From Actinobacteria bacterium UBA2279 (GTDB lineage: Bacteria; Actinomycetota; Coriobacteriia; Anaerosomatales; Anaerosomataceae), in assembly GCA_002347365.1 (NCBI GenBank), contig DDWT01000033.1, positions 1 through 32,000 on the forward strand: 32,000 nt of DNA. The letters are read 5' to 3'. How positions within the stretch are numbered: the first letter of the stretch is position 1; each line of letters starts with the position of its first letter. Shown one piece after another: positions 15,828 to 23,844 of the stretch. A program made the translations under genes and the position numbers. The notes beneath the pieces were generated by a model that saw nothing but the letters and a program-made list of their open reading frames with translations, was not told the DNA's origin and searched no databases.

Positions 15828-16493
15828 CTAGTCGGCGATGGCGACCATCTCGACGCGCGTTGCGACGCCATTCTCGACAGTCACCTTCCACATGTCGGTC
15901 ATGGCGCCAGGAAGCGCGTCCCAATCGCCATCCGCCCACTCCCTGAGCTGTTCCGCGTTCGCCGCAACCATCGACAGGGCCTCCACGCCGCCTGTCGCAT
16001 ACCGGATCACGGCTGTGTTCGCCAAGGGGACTCCGATGACTCCCGGGTCCTCATTGACATACAGGATGCCATTGGACGGCACTGCCAAGCCGTGGTCGTT
16101 CGCGTATTTCGTGGCCTCTGTACCGGAGTAGATCTGGAACAGATCGAGCGCCAGGTTGTAGGTTCCGGCCGATGCCGATACTGACGTCACGTACGCATAG
16201 CTGACGTAGCTCGACGCGGTGGTTTCCGGCGGTCCGGCGGGCACGACGGGGGCATCCTCGACATCTTCGGTGGGCTCGTTGAGCGCCGGCTCCTCCGCCG
16301 GCGGCGTGATACTCGCCTCGAGCGCATCGAGACGGTTCTCAGTCTCCGCCAGGCGATCTGCAGCGGCGCGTGCCGAGAAGTACCACGCCGCTCCCATTCC
16401 GATGAGCGCGACCGCAAGCACCGCGGCGACTATGGCCGGGATCGGCACCGACCGTTTACGGGTTGCGGCAATGGCGGGGTCCTGCTCGGTCAT
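15828..16493 (-). CDS. Single-pass membrane protein, paralogue 1 of 3 (TM + coiled coil + acidic/Pro linker + unknown C-terminal domain)
   Basis: 221-aa ORF with SD GAGGAGA. It has a TM helix (IPAIVAAVLAVALIGMGAAWYF) and a coiled-coil stretch (ADRLAETENRLDALEASI). The C-terminal domain is similar to the two upstream genes (YNLALDLFQIYSGTEATKYA..PSNGILYVNED..WKVTVENGVATRVE). Confidence 0.65.
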   Translation of the reverse strand: MTEQDPAIAATRKRSVPIPAIVAAVLAVALIGMGAAWYFSARAAADRLAETENRLDALEASITPPAEEPALNEPTEDVEDAPVVPAGPPETTASSYVSYAYVTSVSASAGTYNLALDLFQIYSGTEATKYANDHGLAVPSNGILYVNEDPGVIGVPLANTAVIRYATGGVEALSMVAANAEQLREWADGDWDALPGAMTDMWKVTVENGVATRVEMVAIAD

Positions 16494-16538
16494 GATGTCT
16501 CCTCTACAGCCTGCGGGATGGAATTGGCGGCGTGCGTT

Positions 16539-17201
16539 CTACGGAACCCAGAAGTGCTCGATGTTGGTGATCGTGCCACCGACGATGGTGATGTAGTAGA
16601 TCGCTCCCCGGTAGTAGCTTTGGGCGCCCCAGCGATTGACGCGGAAGTCGTCGAACGTGATCGTGACGTCGCCCATGATGTACCCATCCATGGGATCTGC
16701 CGCGGGCGAGTCGTGCATCAGCACGGCGCATGTGGCGGAGACGGGGAACGTGCGAAGCTTCGGGTTGTCGTTGACGACGTAGTAGTCGTTGGGCACCGGT
16801 GTCTCGTCTCCGTGCGCCGCCGCTGCGGCGTTCGCCTCGGCTCCGCCGAGCACCTGCACGTAGTCGATGACGATCTGGTAGCCCCCACCTGATGCGGAGT
16901 CGATGGACTTTATGATCCCCGGGAAACGGCCGTCATCCGCGGTCGACGGCGAGCTTGTCGGCGCCGGCTCCTCGGGTCCGGAGGACTCGACTTCTTCCAT
17001 CGGCTCGGAGGTGGGCGACTCAGCCGGCGCGCTTGATTCGAGGCTGGACAGCGCGTCTTCTGCCTCGGCCAGCTTGCTCTCGGCCTCGTCCAGCGAGGGT
17101 TTGACGATGAGATACCCCACACCAACGCCTGCAGCAAGGACCACGAGTGCGGCGACTACCAGCACGGCGATGGTCTTCGGGCTCTTCAGATCGAAAGACA
17201 T
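16539..17201 (-). CDS. Single-pass membrane protein, paralogue 2 of 3
   Basis: 220-aa ORF with SD GGAAGGAGA. It has a TM helix (IAVLVVAALVVLAAGVGVGYLIV) and a coiled-coil stretch (LDEAESKLAEAEDALSSLES). The C-terminal domain reads YQIVIDYVQVLGGAEANAAA..PVPNDYYVVNDN..YYITIVGGTITNIE. It shares the 13-nt start context AGGAGACATCATG with paralogue 1. Confidence 0.65.
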   Translation of the reverse strand: MSFDLKSPKTIAVLVVAALVVLAAGVGVGYLIVKPSLDEAESKLAEAEDALSSLESSAPAESPTSEPMEEVESSGPEEPAPTSSPSTADDGRFPGIIKSIDSASGGGYQIVIDYVQVLGGAEANAAAAAHGDETPVPNDYYVVNDNPKLRTFPVSATCAVLMHDSPAADPMDGYIMGDVTITFDDFRVNRWGAQSYYRGAIYYITIVGGTITNIEHFWVP

Positions 17202-17215
17202 GATGTCTCCTTCCG

Positions 17216-17917
17216 CTACGGCTCGTAGTAGGGGTCGCGAGGCTGTTCTTCGATAGCGACCAGCCTGCCTTCCTCGACCGTGAACCAGTAGTGCCTGCCG
17301 AGAAGATGCGAGCTGTCCTCGTCCATGTAGATGGCGTCATAGAACTGACCGAAGGAGACGTGCTGTGGCGTCATCGAGGGGCCGTAGAAGCCGATCGCAG
17401 GCATGACAGGGTACGTGTACATCGTGATGTCTACGGCTCCCGCTCCGCCGGGTGAGATCTTGAACGACGTGATGGCGACGCCTTCGTCGCGAACGTACCA
17501 GTAGTCCGGATCGTAGTAGTCCTGGTCGCCCTGGCTCGTCAGATAGGTGAGTGCTGCATTCCCGGTGAGGAAGTCGGCGGTGTCGATATCAACCCAGAGG
17601 TCTTGCCACGTCCCGCCGCTCTCATCCCGGATGCCGCGTAGAGCTCCGAACACGTGATCCGCCGGTTCGGACTCGGACGGGGGAGTGGGCTTCTTCTCAG
17701 TGGGTGTCGCCGGAACGACCGTGGGAGCGTCTTCGGTGGCGGGTGTCGCATCGCGAGACGCTGTCAGGGTCGTCTCGGAAAGCTTCGGCTCGATCTCCGG
17801 CGAGTTGCCACCGCCGGTAAGAAGGACCACACCCGTGACGATTCCAGCGACCACCACGACTGCGGAGATGCCGATCGCAAGCTGGATCTTCGTGTCCAGA
17901 CCCCTCCACCACTCCAT
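17216..17917 (-). CDS. Single-pass membrane protein, paralogue 3 of 3 (more divergent)
   Basis: I trimmed to the ATG at 17917 (MEWWRGLDTKIQLAIGISAVVVVAGIVTGVVLL), after GGGGGGAA. A Pro/Thr/Glu linker follows. The C-terminal domain reads WQDLWVDIDTADFLTGNAALTYL..YWYVRDE..YWFTVEEGRLVAIEE. Confidence 0.6.
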   Translation of the reverse strand: MEWWRGLDTKIQLAIGISAVVVVAGIVTGVVLLTGGGNSPEIEPKLSETTLTASRDATPATEDAPTVVPATPTEKKPTPPSESEPADHVFGALRGIRDESGGTWQDLWVDIDTADFLTGNAALTYLTSQGDQDYYDPDYWYVRDEGVAITSFKISPGGAGAVDITMYTYPVMPAIGFYGPSMTPQHVSFGQFYDAIYMDEDSSHLLGRHYWFTVEEGRLVAIEEQPRDPYYEP

Positions 17918-18061
17918 GGTTCCCCCCTGACACAGACGCTCGAGTTTGTGGCTCGCACTTACATAGTACTTCCCACTATCGCCGTGTTCCACAGAGGTAC
18001 TCCTCTGAAGGGCGTTGTACACTTATGGGGGTGATTGTGAACGCGGAAGGAGCGAGGACTC

Positions 18062-18994
18062 GTGGCGACGGTAGTGGAGTGCGCGCAGCTCACCAAGTAC
18101 TACGGTAAGACACGGGGCGTCGAGGATTTGACGCTGAGCGTGCCTGAGGGCATGGTCTTCGGCTTTTTGGGTCCCAACGGCGCGGGGAAGACGACCACGA
18201 TCCGATGTCTTCTCGGCATGCTGAAGCCCACAGCCGGGGAGTCCCGCCTGTTCGGTGAGCACGTGACACTCGACGGCGCGAACCTGCGTCGGAGGATCGG
18301 CTACGTGCCCGGCGAGGTCAAAGCCTACGACAAGGAGACCGGGCGCTGGCACATCGACTACGTCTCCCAGCTGCGCGGTGGCAAGGGCGCGCTCACCGAT
18401 GAGCTCCTCCAGCGAATGGAGTTCGATCCGAGTCGCCGGGTCAAGGAGCTCTCCAAGGGCAACAAGCAGAAGCTTGCACTCATCCTCGGCCTCATGCACG
18501 ATCCGGAGCTGCTCATCCTCGACGAGCCCACGTCCGGGCTCGATCCGCTCAACCAGGAGACGGTGTTTTCCATCATCGAGGAGCGTGTCGCGGGCGGGGC
18601 GGCCGTGTTCCTATCGAGTCACATCCTCTCCGAGGTCGAACGTATCTGCGAGCGCGTCGGTATCATCCGCAGGGGCCATCTGGTTGCCGAGGAGGACGTG
18701 AGGTGTCTGCTCGACAAGCGTCTGCGGGAGCTCAACGTGACATTCACCGATCCGGTCGATGCTGCGTTTCTGGCTGATGTCGACGGTATGAGCCGGATCA
18801 CGCTCACGGGGCCGAACACCATCAACGCTCGTGTGAAGGGTGACCATCTCGACGATCTGATCAAGCGGCTTGCCACCAAGCCCGTGCGGGACCTGAGTAT
18901 CGAGCACGCGAGCCTGGAAGAGGTTTTCATGGAGTTCTACCGCGACGAGGAGAACAGCGCGGAAGAGACACCGGCCGAAGGGGGCGCGGAGTGA
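18062..18994 (+). CDS. ABC transporter ATP-binding protein (ABC-2 exporter type)
   Basis: The GTG start lies 9 nt after AAGGAG. Motifs seen: Walker A GPNGAGKTTT, Q-loop, signature LSKGNKQKL, Walker B LLILDEPTSGLD, H-loop SSHIL. Confidence 0.9.
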   Translation: MATVVECAQLTKYYGKTRGVEDLTLSVPEGMVFGFLGPNGAGKTTTIRCLLGMLKPTAGESRLFGEHVTLDGANLRRRIGYVPGEVKAYDKETGRWHIDYVSQLRGGKGALTDELLQRMEFDPSRRVKELSKGNKQKLALILGLMHDPELLILDEPTSGLDPLNQETVFSIIEERVAGGAAVFLSSHILSEVERICERVGIIRRGHLVAEEDVRCLLDKRLRELNVTFTDPVDAAFLADVDGMSRITLTGPNTINARVKGDHLDDLIKRLATKPVRDLSIEHASLEEVFMEFYRDEENSAEETPAEGGAE

Positions 18995-19791
18995 TGAGCT
19001 GGACGATCCTTCGCGCCACACTTCAGCAGCGTCGCACGGCGCTCGCCTGGTACATCGGCAGCCTTGTCGCGTACTCCTGGATGATGGTCTGGTTCTATCC
19101 CAAGATCGGTGGCGGCGAGTATGCGCAGCTCATCGACAGCATGCCTCCCGAGGTCATGCAGATCATGGGCGGTGGCGATATCTCGTTCGCGTCGTTGGGT
19201 GGGTTCTTCCAGACCGAATACCTCGGTCTCATGTGGATGCTGATCGTGGCGTCAGCGGTACTCATCTTCACGAGTCGCGCGTTCGCCGGGGAGATCGCTG
19301 ATGGGACGATGGAACTCGTGCTGTCGCAACCGGTCTCTCGCGTCAAGCTGGCGATCACGCGCGTCGTCGCTCTGGTTGCGTACGTGTTGCTGCTTGCGGC
19401 GGCGACATTCGTGCCCATCCAGGTGTTCGGCCCCACCTACGACATCAACCTGAGCGCCAAGGTCTTCTGGCTGCTCATGGCATTGGGAACGTTGTTCATG
19501 CTCGCGGTCGGCGGCATCGGCATGCTGGCGAGTTCGGCGTTCCGCAGCGGCGGGAAGGCCTCAAGCATCGCTGCAGGCGTCCTCGTGGTCATGTGGGTGA
19601 GCGATCTCATCTCGAACTTCTCGGAAGTGGCCGACTTCTTCGGCCCGGTGAACCTTATCAGCGAATGGCAGCCGGGCAAGATCATCAACGACGGCACCGC
19701 GCCGGGAGAGGTGTGGTGGCTCTACGGGATCGTCGCAGTCGTCTCACTCGTTGCATGCGTGTTCGTGTTCTCGCGCAGAGATGTCGCCTAG
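18991..19791 (+). CDS. ABC-2 family transporter permease
   Basis: The ATG overlaps the ATPase stop as ATGA. The 266-aa protein has about six hydrophobic helices and no soluble domain. Confidence 0.75.
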   Translation: MMSWTILRATLQQRRTALAWYIGSLVAYSWMMVWFYPKIGGGEYAQLIDSMPPEVMQIMGGGDISFASLGGFFQTEYLGLMWMLIVASAVLIFTSRAFAGEIADGTMELVLSQPVSRVKLAITRVVALVAYVLLLAAATFVPIQVFGPTYDINLSAKVFWLLMALGTLFMLAVGGIGMLASSAFRSGGKASSIAAGVLVVMWVSDLISNFSEVADFFGPVNLISEWQPGKIINDGTAPGEVWWLYGIVAVVSLVACVFVFSRRDVA

Positions 19792-19802
19792 GGGTGTCAG
19801 GC

Positions 19803-20639
19803 GTGAAGCTGTCACTACGTTCGAAGATCGTGCTGTCGAACGGGGTCGAGATGCCCCGGTTCGGGCTGGGCACGTACAAGTCCGCAGAGGGCGCCGAGGT
19901 ACAGGAGTCGGTGCTCTCTGCGCTCGAGATCGGCTATCGCAGCATCGATACGGCATCGCTGTACGGCAACGAGGAAGGGATAGGAAAGGCGCTGCATGGT
20001 AGTGGTGTGTCCCGCTCAGACGTGTTCCTGACGTCGAAAGTGTGGAACGAGGAGCAAGGTTATGAGGGTACACTCGCCGCACTCGATCGGAGTCTGACGC
20101 GCCTGGGCACAGACTACGTCGACCTCTACCTTATCCATTGGCCTATCCGACGCACGCTTGAGCCCACATGGCGTGCGATGGAACACGCCCTGATCTCAGG
20201 CAAGACGCGGGCGATCGGCGTGTGCAACTTCTTGCAGCACCATCTGGAGGCGTTGCTTGCGGTATCGACTGTGGCACCGATGGTGGATCAGTACGAGTAC
20301 CACCCGAGGCTACAGCAGCCATCGCTCAAGGGTTTCTGCGACGCACACGACATTGTTGTCGAGGCGTGGGCGCCACTCATGCGCGGCAGGGTGAACGACG
20401 TCAGGACACTGCGGGAGATCGCTCACGAGCATGGCGCCACACCGGCACAGGTCTCCCTTCGTTGGCTGTTGCAGAAGGGCGCGATCGTCATACCAAAGTC
20501 CGTGCATGCCGAACGGATCCGCGAGAACGCCGGCGCGCTCGCCTTCGAGCTGAGTGATGCCGAGATGGCGCGCATCGACGCGCTCGACGCGGGGACTCGC
20601 CTCGGGCGAAACCCCGACACGCTGGCATGGGAGGCCTAG
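19803..20639 (+). CDS. Aldo/keto reductase (2,5-diketo-D-gluconate reductase-like)
   Basis: I trimmed track ORF 19593..20639 to the GTG at 19803 (VKLSLRSKIVLSNGVEMPRFGLGTYK); the upstream part overlaps the permease gene. AKR motifs are present (GYRSIDTASLYGNEE, LFLTSKVWN, YVDLYLIHWP, IGVCNF, IPKS..ERIREN). Confidence 0.9.
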   Translation: MKLSLRSKIVLSNGVEMPRFGLGTYKSAEGAEVQESVLSALEIGYRSIDTASLYGNEEGIGKALHGSGVSRSDVFLTSKVWNEEQGYEGTLAALDRSLTRLGTDYVDLYLIHWPIRRTLEPTWRAMEHALISGKTRAIGVCNFLQHHLEALLAVSTVAPMVDQYEYHPRLQQPSLKGFCDAHDIVVEAWAPLMRGRVNDVRTLREIAHEHGATPAQVSLRWLLQKGAIVIPKSVHAERIRENAGALAFELSDAEMARIDALDAGTRLGRNPDTLAWEA

Positions 20640-20657
20640 ACGCGAGGTCGCGTGTCG

Positions 20658-20680
20658 GTATACTCAACGTATGAGTAAAC
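20658..20680. promoter_or_regulatory. Imperfect 9-5-9 inverted repeat (candidate ArsR/SmtB operator) overlapping a TATACT -10 box and the repressor start codon
   Basis: GTATACTCA-acgta-TGAGTAAAC spans 20658..20680, with 8/9 arm matches and a perfect core TACTCA/TGAGTA. TATACT lies at 20659..20664. TAGACG lies at 20637..20642 with a 16-nt spacer. The ATG at 20671 starts 7 nt after the -10 hexamer. Confidence 0.45.
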
Positions 20681-21060
20681 GTTCAGATGAAGCTGCAGCC
20701 TGCGGGCCCGAGTGCGACGCGATGATCGTCGATGGCGCCGCCGTTGCCGCTGCATCGGAAGCGCTTCCCGATGATATCTGCGTCGCGGCCCTGGCGGCCG
20801 TGTTCTCGGCGCTGGGCGATCCGACGCGCGTCCGCATAGCGCTTGCTCTGCTCGGCAGAGAGCTGTGCGTATGTGACCTCGCCGCTCTCGCGGGCATCTC
20901 TCAGTCTGGCGTAAGTCACCAATTACGGGTGCTGCGCGACCTGCGTGTGGTTGCGTATCGTCGAGATGGCAAGCGTGCGGTGTACCGGCTGATCGATGAC
21001 CATGTCCGAGAGGTGCTCGAGCTGGGACTCGCACACGCGGCGGAGTCCGAGACGGGATGA
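20671..21060 (+). CDS. ArsR/SmtB-family metal-sensing repressor (CadC-like)
   Basis: I trimmed to the ATG at 20671 ([15 protein letters not shown]...). It has a winged HTH ([42 protein letters not shown]). Both metal-site signatures are present: N-terminal CxxxC plus CVC, and DxH-x10-H-x2-E ([17 protein letters not shown]). Confidence 0.9.
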   Translation: MSKRSDEAAACGPECDAMIVDGAAVAAASEALPDDICVAALAAVFSALGDPTRVRIALALLGRELCVCDLAALAGISQSGVSHQLRVLRDLRVVAYRRDGKRAVYRLIDDHVREVLELGLAHAAESETG

Positions 21061-21064
21061 GTGC

Positions 21065-23431
21065 ATGACGGAGCACGTGACACGCGAATTCGATCTGTCG
21101 GGCTTGCTTGCGACTCCGTACTACTGCCTGGGGTGCGCGGGTCGCCTGTGCGGTCGTCTGGAAGGCATCGAGGGCGTCGAAGGCACTGACTGCGATATCG
21201 CGGGCGGCTCGGTGAGAGTCACGTTCGACCCGCACAGGGTTTCGGAAGACGCTATTGAGCGTGCGCTGATCGAGCTTGCCCGAGAGGCGTCCGAGTCGGT
21301 CAGCCACGCCGTGTACACCCTCACCGGGCTTGACTGTCCGGATTGCGCTCGCACGGTCGACCGCTCGGTCGGCTACGTGGATGGTGTCCTCTCGGCGTCG
21401 CTGAACTTCGCGAGCGCTACCCTTCTGGTCGAATTCGATCCCGCCCACGATCCCCGGGACGCGATCGTGGCACTCGTCCGTGGCATGGACTACGGGATCG
21501 CACCCGTGGGAGAGCCTGCAGGGACTCAGGAGCCGCTCGGCTGGTGGGCGGAGCACCGCGCGAGCATGCTTGTGGTCGCGTCCGGCACGTTGCTGGCGTT
21601 CGGCTGGGCCCTGGGACACACGGGGCTGCCGGAGTACGTGTCGGTAGCGCTGTTGTCGGGGTCGATACTGACCGGTGCGATCCAGCCGGCTCGTCGGGCT
21701 ATGGGCGCGCTCCGTGCCCGCACGCTGGACATGAATGTGCTCATGACCCTCGCCGTCGCGGGTGCGGTGGTTTTAGGTGACTTCACCGAGGCGGCCACGA
21801 TCTTCTTCCTGTTCGCCATCGGCGGATGGCTCGAGGCACGGTCGCTTGCCAGGACGAGACGCAGCATCAAAGATCTCATGGCACTCGCTCCTGACCGCGC
21901 ACGCGTGCGCCGGAGCGGGAGCGAGGCGCTCGTCGAGGTGCGAGATGTGGCCGTCGGAGAGACCGTCATCGTACGGCCGGGTGAGCGGATCCCGCTCGAC
22001 GGCACCGTGGTGCGCGGCGCATCTGCAGTGGATGAATCTCCGGTCACCGGCGAGCCGGTACCCGCCGAGAAGGGCGTCGGAGATGATGTGTTCGCCGGGA
22101 CACTGAGCACGAGCGGCCTGATCGAGTTCACGACCACGGCGACCGCGACCAGCTCGACGCTTGCGCGAGTGGTCGAACTCGTCGAAGAGGCGCAGGCAAG
22201 GAAGGCCCCCGTCCAGCAGCTCGTCGACCGCTTCACGCGCGTCTACACGCCCGCCGTCATCGCGCTTGCGGTGTTCCTGGCGATCGTGCCACCAGGCCTG
22301 GGCGCGCTCGGTGTGGCCGGTCTGGGCGACTGGAGCACGTGGTTCTACCGGGCGCTTGTTCTCCTCGTGGTGAGCTGCCCCTGCGCGCTCGTGATCTCCA
22401 CACCGGTGGCGGTCGTCTCGGCGATCACCGCGGCGACCAAGGCTGGCGTCCTCGTCAAAGGCGGCGCCGTGCTCGAAAACGCCGCGCGCGTGGGAGCGAT
22501 CGCGTTCGACAAGACCGGGACGCTCACCGTGGGCAAGCCGGTCGTGACGGAGATCGTCGCGTTCGGCGATCTGGAGCCAGGCGAGCTTCTCCGGACAGCC
22601 GCATCGCTCGAGATCGGCTCGGGACATCCTCTCGCCCGCGCAGTGGTACAAGCCGCCGGCGATGACGCGCGGCTGAGTGATCTCGATCGATTCGCCGAGG
22701 TACCCGGTCAGGGTACGCGCGGTACCATCGGCGGTGTAGAGCATCTGGTGGGCAGCCCGTTTTTCGTCGAGTCCGAGACTACGCCTTTCGGTGGCGACGT
22801 CACCGAAGCGCAGCTCAGACTCGAGGGTGCCGGCATGAGCGTGTTGGCGGTTGCGCGCGACGGTGTCGTTCTCGGGCTGATCGGGCTGGCGGATGCCGTG
22901 CGCCCGCAGGCGAGACAGGCACTCGCCCGGCTGCGACGGGAAGGTATCACGCAGCTGATCATGCTCACCGGCGACAACGAACTCACGGCTTCGGCTATCG
23001 CTGCGGATGTCGGCGTGAGCGAATACCGCGCCCGACTACTGCCCCAGGACAAGATGGAGGAGGTGGAGGCCCTTGCGGCCCGGTACAGGATCGTCGCGAT
23101 GGTGGGGGATGGCATCAACGATGCACCGGCCCTGGCGGTGGCGGGTATCGGCATTGCGATGGGCGCTGCGGGAAGCGATACGGCGCTGGAGACCGCTGAT
23201 GTCGCGCTGATGTCAGACGACCTTCACGCGCTTCCGGGCCTGTTCCGTCTCGGCAGACGGACGTTGCGCGTGATCCGGCAGAACGTGTGGTTCTCCGTAG
23301 TGGTGAAAGCGGTGGTTCTGGTTGCAGCAGTGTTCGGCTACGCGCCTTTGTGGCTGGCGGTGTTCGCTGACACGGGTGTCTCGCTGTTGGTGATCGTCAA
23401 CGGCCTGCGTCTGTTGCGGGTGAAGGTATAG
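21065..23431 (+). CDS. Heavy-metal translocating P1B-type ATPase (Zn/Cd/Pb class by motifs)
   Basis: I trimmed to the ATG at 21065, 4 nt after the repressor stop. It has two N-terminal HMA-like domains (CLGC, CPDC). Motifs seen: [39 protein letters not shown], and a TM8-like [17 protein letters not shown]. Confidence 0.92.
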   Translation: MTEHVTREFDLSGLLATPYYCLGCAGRLCGRLEGIEGVEGTDCDIAGGSVRVTFDPHRVSEDAIERALIELAREASESVSHAVYTLTGLDCPDCARTVDRSVGYVDGVLSASLNFASATLLVEFDPAHDPRDAIVALVRGMDYGIAPVGEPAGTQEPLGWWAEHRASMLVVASGTLLAFGWALGHTGLPEYVSVALLSGSILTGAIQPARRAMGALRARTLDMNVLMTLAVAGAVVLGDFTEAATIFFLFAIGGWLEARSLARTRRSIKDLMALAPDRARVRRSGSEALVEVRDVAVGETVIVRPGERIPLDGTVVRGASAVDESPVTGEPVPAEKGVGDDVFAGTLSTSGLIEFTTTATATSSTLARVVELVEEAQARKAPVQQLVDRFTRVYTPAVIALAVFLAIVPPGLGALGVAGLGDWSTWFYRALVLLVVSCPCALVISTPVAVVSAITAATKAGVLVKGGAVLENAARVGAIAFDKTGTLTVGKPVVTEIVAFGDLEPGELLRTAASLEIGSGHPLARAVVQAAGDDARLSDLDRFAEVPGQGTRGTIGGVEHLVGSPFFVESETTPFGGDVTEAQLRLEGAGMSVLAVARDGVVLGLIGLADAVRPQARQALARLRREGITQLIMLTGDNELTASAIAADVGVSEYRARLLPQDKMEEVEALAARYRIVAMVGDGINDAPALAVAGIGIAMGAAGSDTALETADVALMSDDLHALPGLFRLGRRTLRVIRQNVWFSVVVKAVVLVAAVFGYAPLWLAVFADTGVSLLVIVNGLRLLRVKV

Positions 23432-23490
23432 GAGCAAACGGGGCGGATACCGCGTAGCGGCGAGGCCCACGATGTCTGGGGGGAAACGAC

Positions 23491-23835
23491 ATGAGCGACG
23501 ATGTGATGCGATTCTTTGCGGCGTGGATGCTCACGCATGAGGCCGCCGATGAGGGTCTCAAGGCAGCTGTGGAGCGTGGAGACAGCGGGGGGCCGGAGGG
23601 CATGTCCGGCGGTCCGGACGCGTTCGTGGATGGCCTGGCCGCGATGGTGGCCGAGGAAAAGGAGAAGCTCAAGGCGGAGCTGGAGGCACGCGCTCGCGGA
23701 GAAGCGCCGGACTCGGGGGACGCCACGGACCCTGCTCTCGAGGAGATCCGCTTCGAAGTGGGCGAGATTCGCGGCAGGATCGACAACCTCGAGTCGATGC
23801 TGGAGACCATCCTACGCAAGCTCGACGGACGATAG
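23491..23835 (+). CDS. Small acidic coiled-coil protein, function unknown
   Basis: 114-aa ORF with the ATG preceded by GGGGGGAAA. It has a heptad-like C-terminus (EEIRFEVGEIRGRIDNLESMLETILRKL). It lies 9 nt upstream of the kinase gene. The overlapping 387-aa antisense ORF is Ser/Arg/Ala low-complexity and I rejected it. Confidence 0.5.
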   Translation: MSDDVMRFFAAWMLTHEAADEGLKAAVERGDSGGPEGMSGGPDAFVDGLAAMVAEEKEKLKAELEARARGEAPDSGDATDPALEEIRFEVGEIRGRIDNLESMLETILRKLDGR

Positions 23836-23844
23836 GGGGCTTCC

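Noticed and set aside
17918-18061. Short repeats (CACAGA x2, AGTAC...GTACT, TGTACA) in the paralogue/ABC-2 divergent spacer as an operator
   Set aside because: The arms are only 5-6 bp, which is within chance expectation for 144 bp, and no regulator gene is adjacent. I noted it only as context for the paralogue finding.
19593-19802. The N-terminal 70 aa of track ORF 19593..20639. The long N-terminal extensions of track ORFs 7953..10871 (polA), 5140..6570 (glnA) and 20996..23431 (ATPase) are similar cases.
   Set aside because: The extensions overlap neighbouring genes or intergenic promoters, are Arg/Gly rich, and precede internal starts that have good SD sequences and match the expected family N-termini.
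20636-22744. Two long - strand ORFs (327 and 323 aa) antisense to the ArsR repressor and the P-type ATPase
   Set aside because: The + strand carries complete ArsR and P1B-ATPase motif sets. The antisense translations are Arg/Pro/Ala/His rich without motifs.
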